Source: Gonapodya sp. JEL0774
Taxonomy: Eukaryota
DNA length: 64,000 nt
Direction of reading: 5' to 3'
Assembly: GCA_027604505.1 (NCBI GenBank)
Contig: JADIIX010000002.1
Coordinates: 248,001-312,000 of the forward strand
In this document: piece by piece, positions 15,801-28,700 of the stretch
Numbering within the stretch: position 1 is the first letter of the stretch
Layout of the letters: each line of letters begins with the position of its first letter
Position numbers and translations under genes: made by a program
The notes under the pieces: model-generated
What the model saw: only the letters and a program-made list of their open reading frames with translations
The model's database searches: none
Told to the model about the DNA's origin: nothing

Positions 15801-18247
15801 GTATGCCCAACTGGTATCGCGAGCTATGGGACTCTGAATCAGGCAGCATACGAATCACGACCAGCAAAAGAGTTTCACCATACTTGTTACGGCTGGCGTG
15901 GAATGGTTATCCCTTATACTACTCTAAAACGGTGGGAAGTTGGTGCTATCGGGTTCCACAAAATGATCGCGTTGTGTCGAAAACTCCAAAACTGGACATG
16001 GATGCCAATAAAGACCCTGAAGTCCACGCAGATACGAACCACGTCTATTATCGGGTCCCACATGAGGATGGGGAGGGAGCTAATTGCGGAAACCCGATGG
16101 GCAAATCATACATGGCCGCATTTGAAGATGGAACGTTGTCGTCGGAGTTTACAGATGCAAAAGAGATTTTGAAAGCAAACTCAGAGTGCACATACTGGAG
16201 TGGGTCGAGGGCGAGAATTTCGGAGCAGTTCAATGTCCACTTTGATCCTCCAGACATTATCCCGAAACCTTCTCGCAGGAAATCCAGAGGTAAAGCCCCG
16301 GTGCAACCTGACCCATCAGTGGCGGCGCGGAAATATTTGGGCTTGCCAGCTGGCTCGTCTGTCATTCTTCCTCAAACCATTACGATGGGCACGGTCACAC
16401 GACGTTCTGTGGAGAAGACTTGGATGACTGCGTCCAATGCCAAAAAGAATCGCATCGGGTCCGAGCTGAAATCCAAAATTGTCGCGCCAGACGGCTGGAC
16501 GCTCATTGGTGCCGACGTGGATAGTGAAGAGCTTTGGATATGCGCGCTCATGGGAGATGCCCAGCTCGGGGCTCATGGAGCCAGTGCTCTCGGCTGGATG
16601 ACGCTTCAAGGCACGAAAGCGGATGGCACAGACCTCCATTCGCGTACCGCTAGCATTTTGGGGATTTCTCGAGATCAAGCTAAGATTTTCAACTACGGTC
16701 GCCTCTACGGAGCTGGGATTCGGTTCGCAACACAGCTCCTTCTGAAATTCAACCCTCAGATCGATGAAGATGCTGCTAAGGCCAAAGCTGCCCAGCTGTT
16801 CTCCGCAACCAAAGGTACATCATCTCAGGCGACGTTACGACGGGCAAGTGGGCGGTCCACTCAGATGAACTGGTTCGGGACGCCTTTTTTGCATGGCGGA
16901 ACTGAAAGTTATACTTTCAACATATTGGAGCGCACGGCGGCCAGTGAAGTGCCTCAGACTCCAGTTCTAGGAGCTGTCATTCCGAACGGCCTCTTGCCCA
17001 AAAATGTGGAGCGAGATGTGGGTTGTTGCCCTCCAACTCGCGTTGGTGAGCGTGGTCTGTCTAACGAAGCGGATTCGTCCACAGTTTCAAACCACCCGGG
17101 TAAACTGGGCTGTTCAGTCCTCCGGTGTCGATTACCTGCATCTCCTGCTCGTGTCGTTCTGGCACCTGAAGGAGCGCCTCAATCTTAAAGCTAGAGTTGT
17201 GCTGACCATGTGGGTATCTTGGGCAGGGTAGGGGCAGCAACCATTCTCGGTAAAACGTGCTAATATTATTTTATTCCCCCCACCATCTCATCAGTCACGA
17301 CGAGGTTCGATTCTTGGTGTCCCACGAACCTGAAGCAGGTGGAGAGGACCACATTCACCGGGCAGTGTTGGCGTTGCAGATTGCTAATTTATGGACGCGG
17401 GCGGCATTCTCGTGGAGCGCTGGGATCGACGATTTGCCGCAGGTGAATGGAATAGCAAGAAACGACCAGTGATTTGCATTTGCCTTTTTGCCATAATGTT
17501 GAACAATGTACTCTCGTTAGTCTGTTGCATTCTTCTCTGCAGTTGATGTCGATCATTGCCTGCGCAAAGGTGAGACTTGCTTCCATCGCTGTTTCTTTTC
17601 CATAAGTCTCATCACCTCACGTGACTTTTGATTCTGGAATCGGCCTTCATTTTGCAGAAGTTGACATGGACTGTGTGACCCCTTCCTCACCAATAAAGGT
17701 TCCCAAAGGACGACGGCTGGACATTCAGCAGACCATTCTAAGCACCGGCGGTCAGTTGACAGACGATGCAACCTTCTACTCCGAGGATTCCAGCACCATT
17801 GACTCTACCGTGCGAGGCAAGCTCGCACACATTGATGGAAGTTCCGCTGAACTGGTTGACCTGACGCTGCGCCGGAGGCAACGAGAGTTCCTTGAGTGGC
17901 GAAAAGGTAAAAGTCATTTCAGCATTGGCGCACCGGGGGAATGGTATGATGAGAGCGGCAACGTGCTCCACATGCCCGATGATGTCAAGACGAGGTCTGC
18001 GAGCTCATTGTCTGCCAAGGAGGCCTTTATGGCAGCGAAGTTTTGCCCAGTCCCATTACCAGGATACGGAGAAGGAGAATCGGTGGATGTGAGAGAATTG
18101 CAGCTACAACATTTGGCGTGGCTTAAGGCGCAAGATGCAAGAGATCACGGAGACTTGTCGGAGGTGTTTATGCAGTGTGCGGAATTGGCGAGGGGAAGAG
18201 TGGCTTTGATGTCACCAAAGGGGAGAGGGAGGAAAGGAAAGTTGTAG
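12832..18247 (+). CDS. MIP1: Mitochondrial DNA polymerase gamma catalytic subunit; start codon uncertain, long N-terminal extension
   Basis: Exo I VFDIE, Exo II GHNVGFDRAR, Exo III YCAKDV. Pol A GADVDSEELW, Pol B RDQAKIFNYGRLYGAG, Pol C TI|HDEVR across an intron. Also TTRVNWAVQSSGVDYLH and VAFFSAVDVDHCLRKE. Confidence 0.95.
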
Positions 18248-18451
18248 AGATGGAATAAGGGCATGCGAGAGAATTGCAGCCGCAGCATTTGGCATGGCTG
18301 AGGGTGCAAGATGCGAGTGATTACAGGGATTTGGCGGAGGTGTTTACGCAGTGTGCAAAATTGGCGAGGGTCAGAGTGGCTTTGATGGCACCAAAGGGTA
18401 GAGGGAGGAAAGGACAGATGAAAGGAAAGGTGTTGAGATGGAATGAGGGCA
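18089..18451 (+). repeat. Diverged tandem duplication (~175 and ~187 bp) of the POLG C-terminal coding segment
   Basis: Copy 1 (18089-18263) encodes VRELQLQHLAWLKAQDARDHGDLSEVFMQCAELARGRVALMSPKGRGRKG. Copy 2 (18265-18451) encodes ARELQPQHLAWLRVQDASDYRDLAEVFTQCAKLARVRVALMAPKGRGRKG. Confidence 0.95.
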
Positions 18452-18862
18452 GCCACGAAGAGGAGGATGGTCTCCAGATCTTGAAGGGTTGGCTGCGCCT
18501 GCCTCGCGCACATCATTTAGAAGTACAAAGGGTAATGTTGATTCACCTATTTATTATTGAAGAGCAAGTCACGTACTGTACCCAGCGAAAGTTCACAACA
18601 CATCTTACGAGCACCAATTGATCCCGCCTCGCACCCATGTTACAAAAGCAGGAAAGGCGTTGCTTTTCTCCAATTTGTAGCGCAAGTCCTCTATTTTACT
18701 CTTCGTAGCTGCACAACGTTTCTGATTAGCATTTGCCGGTTTTGGATGAGTTCGCACTGCCTCACCAAAGGTGAACAGGTTATAAAATGAAGTCTTATGG
18801 CATGTGTACTAACTTGACTGTACTGATAATTATACAAACAAGGTCGTGTTGTGGATTTCGAA

Positions 18863-19660
18863 TCATTTTGCGGGCATAACTTCATTCCTCAGCACCCTCA
18901 GAGGATGTGGAGCATCCTCCCAAACGAACACCCCGTCATCCATGTTGAGTGAGTCTGCTAATCTGCTAAGAACGAGTGATGATCGCAAGAGCGAAAGGTG
19001 AGGTGCTTGCGTTTCACCGTCAAGGAGATTTGGCCGCGGTTCCGGTAGTGGCCGGGGCGAGCGGTGGTAGATACGACCTGCACACGAACAAATGGGTATT
19101 GCAAAGTGCGAATCTCATTACTAAGTTTGTGAATGGGTACAGCGCGGAAATGGAACTCACCGGACGGGGAAACATAAATCTCTGAAGGGGAGAACGGATA
19201 TGTCAGATCTCCACCCCAAACGAGGTGTTTGTCTCTGAGATCGTGGAACACTATGGGGGTATCGGCAGCTTTGATGAAGTTCAGCTGAATTGATAGTAGA
19301 AGTCAGATATATGGAGGGGATGGTCTTCATGTCTGGAAGGCAACCTACCTCCCGACCGCACGGCGAAACAAAGGGGAAGTCTTCATGTCTCCCAGTGTCG
19401 TTTGTGCGCATTTGGCGAAAAAAGAAGTCGAGAAACTTCTTTTCCTTGAAGCACGAAGTCAAATTCTTGGGCACCGTCTCTTCCAGAAAGAGCATCCCGT
19501 GGATATCAATGAAATAGAAATATTCGCGGACGTCCGATCGCTTGGCTGAATATCCGCGATGGGGTATAGCATGTAAAAGACGGTCAAAACGTAACCGAAA
19601 ATCAAAAGAGTTTAAAGGCGATAAAGCAAAAGTAAAGCTGCGTTTGGTAGATCGGATCAT
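18863..19660 (-). CDS. UPF0598 / C8orf82 (DUF4505) homolog, probably mitochondrial
   Basis: REYFYFIDIHGMLFLEE...KNLTSCFKEKKFLDFFF...FPFVSPCGRE|LNFIKAADTPIVF...GRIYH...LLRSSL. Three exons; Arg/Ser-rich N-terminus. Confidence 0.85.
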
Positions 19661-19749
19661 TGCGGGCATGATGAGCAGCGGAATCGGGCGGGTCAGCGGG
19701 TCGGACATCACGACTTGAGGGCCCCCCTTCACCACATCCGCCGTCGACA

Positions 19750-21004
19750 ATGCCGCAAATTAAGCCCCCAGTAGATAAGCTGCCTCTTGCGGTTCGCATC
19801 AACGGTTGGTTATGTGTCCATTCGAGTCCTGCCGGATTGATGTTCGAACTCTAATCATTATGGGATTCACCATCGTTGTCAGTTCGCGACGGATTCGAGT
19901 CCAAGAAAGAACAGCTGGAGGCAAAAATCACGGAGCTGTTGGGACAGAAGTGGACAATAGAGATCAACCCGAATGCAATTTTCCCGTACTCCGTGGAGGG
20001 TAGTTACGGTAGAGACTCATTAGGAGAGTGTTTGACCGCGTGAGTATCAATGCGCATGAATTTGATTAACGTGGGGAAAGAACGGAGATTGAATGAATGA
20101 AGAGGGGCCTTGTCCGTGTGCGTCAACGAGCTAAAGGACATCTTTGGAACTTCGGGAGCTAAATTCAGATGCTATGATCCCTTTGACACAAGCGAAAGCC
20201 AGTGCAATCCATTCAATCTCCGACCAATGTCTCTTTGTTAATGAAAAAGATACGTCGAAGCCACCGTCGCCACTATTGAGCAATTCGTCAAGGACTACGC
20301 TGATCTGGGGGGCAAGGACGAAATGAACGATTCATGCAGTAAGCACTCCCTCACCATGGACGTGGACTCGACCGGCAAGGTTTCCTATTGCGGCTGCGAC
20401 ATACACGATGGGAGGCTTCGCATACTCTTTGCTGATGGGCAACTAGGCGTTAACATAGCAAATGTGGCGGAGAAGCTGCCTACTCTCTTTGGAGGTGAGG
20501 AGGTGGTGGCTGCCCCAAGCAAGGAAGCGGCCAAGGGACGAGGAGGTGCAGCGGTGAGTATGAATTGGAAACTCATTTTTGATGTGGTACTCGCTTGGTT
20601 TAAAATGGACCACTGCAATAATGGATTCTTGGAATAGTTCATGTGACTTCTTGTTCTTTGCGCTTCCAATTCCAAAATTTATCCTGTTATTGACCAACAA
20701 TTTTCGTCCCCAGGCACCTGTGAAGGGGACAGTGGTGAGTGAAACTGCAATCGATGGAAATGTCAAACAACCGATTACCGCGCTTGTTCACGGACCTCAC
20801 CAGTGCCTTGCCCTTTCGCAGGTACCGGCCAATGGTTCAAGCTCCGGCTCAGTCTCAAACGTTGTTTACTTTTCCGGGTCGCACATTTCCCACTTGCACC
20901 AAAGCATGGCCGAGTGGCAGAGCAGGGAAGGGAAAAAGTTCACGCAAATTTCGATACATAGGGAGAGGGAGTATGTTTGGAGCTGCATCGCGTTGACAGA
21001 ATGA
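19750..21004 (+). CDS. Conserved fungal hypothetical protein, multi-exon
   Basis: Spliced reading MPQIKPPVDKLPLAVRIN|VRDGFESKKEQLEAKITELLGQKWTIEINPNAIFPY...|YVEATV...KVSYCGCDIHDGRLRILFADGQLGVN. Introns have GT-AG ends. Resembles an uncharacterised fungal family (from recall). Confidence 0.7.
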
Positions 21005-21095
21005 GAATTAAAAATGTAAAAGGGCATAAGAATGTGATACCGACTGTGGTCGCGTTGGATCGAAAGGGAAAAATCTCAGAGCTTCGCTAACCTCA

Positions 21096-22368
21096 ATGGC
21101 TACCGCTGCCGTTTCCGGATTTGCTGAGCGAGAGCTGACTCGATATGGGTGGAAACACGGTACAGGACTGGGAAAACGGCGAGACGGGGTGACGAGGCAT
21201 GTGACGGTGGGATACAAGGTGTGTATAAAGACCTTCGTTGTAAAGGAACTCAGAATTGAGGCTGATGATTATGGCTCCCGTGCGTATTTCTACTGTTTCC
21301 TGGATGGATTACTCCTTCTACGCCTACCATTGCTGCCAGAACGACACTAAAGGCCTAGGCGCGCAATCCAATGAATTTGGATTCGCTTGGTGGGACCACC
21401 TATTCAACGCCTCCTCAGCTGCTATTACTGTCACTCGCTCTGATGGCGATGGTGGGATTTCTGTCGCTTCGTCGGGTGACGCGCGTAGAGCTGCTGGCAA
21501 GAAGGAACTTTACAGCGGATTCGTGAGGGCTGAGGTGACGGCGAAGACCTATGCGGGCGGAGAAGGCAAGGAGGCGACAGAAGAGGCGAAGAAAATTTTT
21601 GAGGAAGAGGAGAAGAGGTGGGCGACGACAATGACGGATCAGGAGCTCTTTGAGGCGTGTGAAGGGAGGACGGCCCACAAGGGTGCCCGGAAGAACGTGG
21701 AGGGGAAGCTTGCGCGAGTAGATGCAGCGCTTCTGGTCAAAGGGGGGGAAGACAGGACGTTGACGAAAGCGGACAGTGTTGAGAGAGCACAACTTTCGAC
21801 GGCTGAGAGCTCTCTGGCCACGGAGACAGAGCGGCAGCGTAGGAAGAGGGAGCGGAAGGAGCGAAGAGAGCGTAAAGAACTGAGAAGGGCGAAGAAAAGA
21901 GCGAATGCGGAGACCATGGCGGGTCTCATTTCAGAAACCGCCACCACCCAGTCTTGTTCCATCTCCGACGTCCGCGAGACCTCTTCAACCACCGCCATGC
22001 CCTTTGAGAAGCGTGCAAAACGGCAGAATGACCATAATGAGAATGAAAAGGAGGAGAAGCGACAGAAGAAGGATGGGACGACTGCGAATGCAATCGAAGC
22101 CATCCAAACCGAGGACTCTGTTACATCGACAACAAACTATGAGATGAACACTGAGATCTCCGAGTCAGAACGGAGTAAAGAAGAGAAACGTGCGGCGAAG
22201 GATGAAAGGAAGCGACGAAAAGCGGGGAGAAAAGCGAACGTTGTTGAAGCAAATGGGCTCAACCCCAAAGCAATATCTGATGATTTGGACGCGAAAGTAG
22301 TCAAGGAAACTGATAACTCAAAGATGGGAAATAAGAGGAAGAGGAGCAAGGTGGGCGAGGATGGTTAG
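21096..22368 (+). CDS. G-patch domain protein (GPATCH4/Tma23-like), probably nucleolar
   Basis: N-terminal G-patch FAERELTRYGWKHGTGLGKRRDG...|NDTKGLG, then WWDHLFN, TDQELFEACEGRTAHKGAR and a KKE/R-rich tail. Confidence 0.85.
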
Positions 22369-22835
22369 TAAGGCGAAACCGCAGCGAGAAGAGTACGAAG
22401 GCGATCGCAAGTGATGCAAAACCACAGCAAAACACCCACAATAAACCTTTAGATACAGTCAACAGTTTTGGTATATATACGCACATATCGGAGCGCGAGA
22501 ACAAGATTAGTTTGTCCTCTTCGCAATTTCGAGATCATTCTCACGCAGGGTGCAGTCAATTGCCACCCCCAAAAAGCGGCCGCCACCTCGAATCAAAAAA
22601 CACCAATCGGTATCGCAAACTCTGCAATCTCCTGCAATTGATTCCTTCAATTTGTCTCAGTTCATGCTTCGCGTGCGTATGAGCATTCGCTCTACTGTGT
22701 CCTGACTAAGTGGCTCATTTTCCCTCGTTCTGCCTTTCCGAGAATCCACAGTTTTTCCCCTTCGACGATCAACCAGCGCGCGATGTTTCTTGCTCGACTC
22801 CCCCTCTCCCCACTCTCTCTGAATCCTTGTCAGAA

Positions 22836-25293
22836 ATGGGTCTTGCAGACTCCCCCACCGACCGTCCTGCGAGATTCCCAATTGGCCCACACCCGACGCA
22901 GAACATTTTCTCGGGATCTCACTCGGCGGATTTCTTATCTAAGCTGACCCAGTATTCGGAGATCCAGGCGCATGGGCCGTCACTCCACTCGCGGTCATCC
23001 TCGACAGGGTGGGTTTTGCGAATCCACTCATGAGTCGCCATCCATGTGACTGTATCATCTGCATTTCAGAAGCGGACTTCTGATCCCGTCCTCAGTCAGC
23101 CCGCCTCATCCGTCAGAGGATTACTCGGTCGTCAAGGTCTCCAACATCCCATGGGAAGTCTCTTGCGAAGATCTCCGCACTTTCTTCTCCTTCGTCACAA
23201 GGGTCCCACATGGACACACATATCCAACTTTTACGGAAGGAAGTAAGTAGACGGGAAAATGTAGAGCCGTTCAGGAAAAGAAGAGGCGGGAATTTAAACG
23301 CACTGTCATCGGAGTGGACATGACTCATACGGGGCGGGAAGATGAGGAGTTCTCTTGGAATTGTTGGCATTTGCTCCCTCTTCTGGTCACTTTCTCGCAA
23401 AATCGAGCGTGTCGTCTAGTTTCTTATGGTTCCGCTCTGTAATCGGTCAACGGTTATGATTATGGTAACCCCAGTTCACATTCCGATGTCCCGAGAGACA
23501 GGAAAGACTCTTCCGTACGCATTCGTCGAGATTCCAACCGTCGGGGTATGCTAGCTTTCTAGGTTGTTCCCGCCGTGTGAAGTCTTACATCATCCTTCCC
23601 TGGCCTTTCTGACCTTGCCGTGCTCAGGACGCTACAGCGGCAATTATTCAACTAAACGAGCAGCCACTTAGAGGGAGAAAAGTTATGGTTAGATTCTCTC
23701 TCATGCGTAGCCGTCACTTGTTGATGCCACACTCCCTGAACCCGATCTTGAACTGCGAACACCGCCCTCTCAGCTCTCCTGGTCCAGCAGAGCCGAGCTT
23801 ACGGCTGCACTCTTTCCTTCGGCGAGCGAGGCGCTCGGAAACTATCTCACTGAAGGGGAAGTGCTTGCACTGTTTGAGATCTGCCAGAACTACAAGGTGA
23901 ACTACAAACAGAAGTTTGGGCGCCGAAGAAAATACTCACTACTTGATACAACTGTACGCAGATACACTTCAGTAAGAAATGCCCAGGTAGACCATTCGAA
24001 AATCTGATTTCCATCATCAGCAAAGTGAGTCTTCTGCTTTAGAGGCCAGCATTCGAGTGACATAGGTTCTCACCGGGCACTACCACTCTAACCTTTCATC
24101 GTGCCAGATCCCGTGGAAGTACGTCCAGTCACACAAGTGAGTTACGCAGTACCTCAGAAATTTGAGTACTTTCTTGCATTCCCCCTCATACCGGTGTTCT
24201 CGGACACTGGCAGTTTCCGGTTGCAGATGTTCCAATTGTACCGAGTATCGGTCGAAGTGGTAAGTTTAAGCTTCGCGCTCATGGTCCGTGTGGCGGCTTT
24301 TACTCAATTAGGTTGGAATTATCTCGAAAGCTGACTGTCCATCTGACCAAGGCATGTGTTTGATCGGTTCGATTTCTCACTGTCCCCGACAGTTCACTAA
24401 CATCAACTAATTTATAATTCAGCAATCCAACTTCCCTGACTCCATTCTGACTCGCATGATTCGTGCCTTTCTGGTGTGCGAAGCTTTCACAGAGGAGCAA
24501 AAAGTGGTGAGTATGATTGGGCAGATTCGGAATGTCGCAACAACAATATCTCACCAGCATTTTCCTCCCCCAGTCTTTACTCCAGGCTACTCAGCAACCC
24601 ACGCCATCAGATCTGGCCTATCTTGTTCGGGGTTTTTCTGTTTCCCGTCCGTTGGTTCCCATCTCCGTAAGCAAAAGCGGTTACTCAACGCCACCTTCAA
24701 TGATCAGTCTGCCATCGTCTGGAGTGAGCAGATGTTCAACCACCGTCTATTGTTTTTGGAAATAATTTCACCGAACACATCTTGATGTACAGTACTCTCT
24801 CTCTGGGCCACCCACAAGCCACCCTTCCCCAATTGCGTCGGTTTATGCGACACCCCTCTCAAGTGTCAAACCGAGTCCCCTTTCCCTCTCCCCTCTTCCA
24901 AGCATTGAAGCCTTCTCATGTCAGCCAAAGAACGTTCATTCCGGCAATTTGCGATCTGCCATCGAAGAAATTCGCGCTGCTCTCGCTGTCCTTGCGCCGC
25001 ATCAAGTTCCCCGGGCAGTGGAAGCCCTCGAAAGAGAAAAAAGCAAATTTGAAAGAGAGATGTTTATTCTTTCGGAGGCGGGCTTTGGAGACGGTACTGA
25101 CGGTGAAGATGGGGTGGGACTAGGGTCTCCAATGAGAATGGGTGGTATGCTCGGGTTCTGCAGTGGCGCTGATGCCCGCGCAATCTTTCGAACGCCAACC
25201 ACGAACTCCTTCCTCAATGGGTTCGGTGAAGGACAGGTGTTTAGTCGACACGCTGCAATTGGAATGGAAAGCGTCAAGAGTTTGTGGAATTGA
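22836..25293 (+). CDS. RRM-domain RNA-binding protein (fungal family), many small exons
   Basis: RNP2-like VVKVSNIPWEV and RNP1-like TGKTLPYAFVE, then LRGRKV, KCPGRPFENLISIISK|IPW and RAFLVCEAFTEEQK. Confidence 0.75.
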
Positions 25294-25784
25294 ACTACCG
25301 TTCTAAAGACTAAGGAGATGAAACAGAACAAGTTTGAAGAGCTCAGACAGACGAGGAACGCAAAGATTGAGTAAGGGATGTCACTATCACGAGAAGGAGA
25401 GAGAGATGATCACACACGAGATGCAAATCGAATTGAAAGACAGGGGCTTCACAATGGATTTGTCTTATTCTGTATTGGACTCTTTTAAGGTACCTTAAAT
25501 ACATTTGAAGTATATTGGAGAATGTTGAAACAATCATTCGGTTCGACTGCACACACACAATCGATGATTATCCTTCTTCGTAGTAATGCGGAAGAGAAAC
25601 GAACAAAGTTTGGCTGGTTAGCATATGTGCATCCCTTGGAGCAAGAGTGAACATGATCCTTGCGCCAACATGAATGCGAAGACTGAAACTTGTTCCAACA
25701 ACCTATATTCGCATGATTGGCTCGGACGAAGGGCACGATGGCGATTTCGAAGAAAATTTTATAGAATCCACACAACACTATCGA

Positions 25785-28700
25785 ATGAGGCCCCCTCCCT
25801 CGCGGGCGCCTCGTGTTTCAGTCGGAGGTGGAGAGGGCACTGCGGCAATCACGGGGCAACCTGCAATGACTGGAGAACCTAACGGGAGCATTCTTGCAAC
25901 GCCCGTGATGAATAGGCGCCGCGCGATTGCAGGTTCTTCTGTTTCGGCGCCCAACTCCGTGCGATGCCCTGGGTTAGTCGGGTGGAGCCGGGCGTTCGAA
26001 TCATCACCCTCAATGGAAACTGGGAGCACCAGCAGAAACTGTGACGGAGAAGATGCCGAACTCACCGCAGAGGCTGTCATGAAAACGCTCAGGGAACAAG
26101 CGCGAGCTCAAATCCGGCCTCTAGACCCGACCACTTCAATCGATCGACCGGGAGCAGCAGTCGTTTCAATTTACGTGCAAAATACAAGTAGTGAAGGTGG
26201 ACGATCGGCCCATCGTGTAAATCGTAACATTGATTTCGCAGATTCGCCTTTGCTGGGATTGGTTCCTCCGATTTCGTCGGCAATTGGTTGGCGTACTGGC
26301 TATCCCCTATTCGGGGACCTTTCCTCACTTCCGAATGACGAAACGCCATTTCCTGCGGCGTCAACCGTCATTGAACGCCACAATCTTGGGAGTGCGGACT
26401 CTTCTCCATCTTCAACCACATCGCTAAACACATCCCGAAGACTCAAGTTGGACCAAACTCCTGCTTCTGACGCTAATTTCACACGGGGTGTGGCAAGAGA
26501 CGCTCAGCCAAGTTGCGGAGTGACCACACTTCAACAAGGAGAGGGTGGTGAAGATGGACCTTTGGACCAAACTCAGTCGCTAGAAGCGTCCCATGAAAAT
26601 GTGAGTCTGAGTCTGCGGGTTTCTGTCTGTCGCTGTTAGAATGCTAACAAGCTGTTCTCAGACTCGGTCGCCTCCTGTTGATTTAATCCCCGAGTTTAAC
26701 GCAGTTCGTCGTAACATCGGGAAGAGGGGTGGGAGAACAAAGGTTAACCTTGCCGATGACCCACCACAACGATCCCTATCTTCTGCCCACCTTTCAGACA
26801 AAACCGCTCAGGCCGCTGGTTGTCACTCAGGTCCGAAAGTAAGCCGATCCCCCCCGAGTCCATCTGTCCCAACCTCTCGAAAGATGCTTCGTCACGTGCG
26901 GAATCCACCAAGCACTCCGACATCACGCCCAGAGCGCCCACACGATCTTGCCGCACGCACGCATGCAAATCGTGTCAGGGACGTTGCTCCCGCGCCAAGC
27001 TTTGCTCCTCCGCCCCCGCCTCCTCTGGTCCTCCAACACAACATTCCAGACCCCCAACGCACGAGAATTTCTCGCCCCTCTCGAGCACGCTCACCTTCTA
27101 CGCGGGAGCGATTGAATAGCTACCAGCGTCTGGCATCTCTCCCGGCCATTCAGAGTGGAGCGACGACGCCGAAGATGCGAAGGCAACGGAATGGAAGGGC
27201 CGCACTAGGGAGAGAGGCGAACGGAGATATTTCAGTGAATAGAAGACGGATCGAGGGCGGACAAGCAGTTGGAATACGTGCGAGGGAGAGAGAGCGAGAG
27301 TCTGGGCGCCGGTCTCTCACGGCTATCAACTCCCTGCGTTCTCCAACTCATTTCGACATCCCGCTTCCTCAAGATACCCAACCTTTACAAGCATCACCGG
27401 CTCTATCTCCAAAAGGTTCAAAAACGACTCTCAACCGACGACTTCTCTCTTCGGACACTTCATCTGAAAATGGGGATGAACCAACAAACCGTGATTTTCA
27501 TGTCCAGACTGTTGCACAAACTCGGTATCGTCAGTCTCCCCGACAGCGTATTCACGAAGATGTATGCTATTCTCTTGCTGCATCGCATGGGAGTAGCTCT
27601 CCACGCGCTTGGGTCGAGGAAGTTAGCCAATTCTCATCGAAAAGATCCTCGTCCGATTTTGGAGACGGTGATTTATCCGACGATGGGCGGAAGAGAAGAA
27701 GACTTTCAAATCTGAAGGGTAGAAGAAATGACCCCATACCTGACGTTGAGACCCACGCAACTGTGCCACCTTTGGAGCCATGTTTGTCGAAAGAAAGGAC
27801 CGCGAGTGTTTTTGAGCACGATTTGAAGAAGCACGTTGTTGAGATTGAAGAAGGTGGAGGTAAGCTCATGCACTACAGCTTCTCATCATGACATTGAAGG
27901 GTTCCACTGTCCACTTTAGGCCTCCTCTTCCAATCCCAGGAGTCGATCGATCTGCTTGCTTCCTCTCATCCTATTACCATCTTCCCTGCATCAACGGATG
28001 CCAAACTCTATGGGCACTCTAGTTTTGTTGGCATGGCAAGCTCGAGTCAACCAAACCACACACCCTCAACGACTCTTCAGCTTGACGGCATTGCGGCTCA
28101 AGTGGAGGAACATTCAGATGTCCAAGGTCAAAGGACCTTCGAGCTCTCGGCACAGTCCCTTGTTAGGGGGCCCTCTGCAATATCCTCGGCTTCTCATACG
28201 GACGCAAAACAGGTTTCTACAACAACTATTCAGCAAAATGCCCATGTTTCGGAAAAACCATCACTTCGCTCCCCGCATGACACTGAATACAGCGAACAGA
28301 AATCAAGGTCTTGGGATGAGGAAGATGCCTGTTCTCTGGAATCAACAGGAGCCCAAATCCAAAGTCTTTGTGGATTTCTTGACTTTGCTGCTCTGGAAGT
28401 TCCAGTTAAGTTTGGTGATGAAACCTCACTGGATGCCTCAAACGCGTTTCATGCAGAGGACCTATTGGGCGAATGTGGGGGATCGCAAAGAATACTGAGC
28501 GAGTGGTCTGAGGTGACTCCCCGTGTCACAGCCGCCAACAGTGGACCAAACGGTGAGTAAACAGAAAGTTCGATCAAATACGTGTCAATTTTTGATAAAT
28601 CACTGGCCTAACAACGATTGATCAGCAGTTGAAAGGAGCACGTCTCTAAGCTTTCATCGTGACGGCGACCTCCTCCCAACCATCATGGAGGATGACATAG

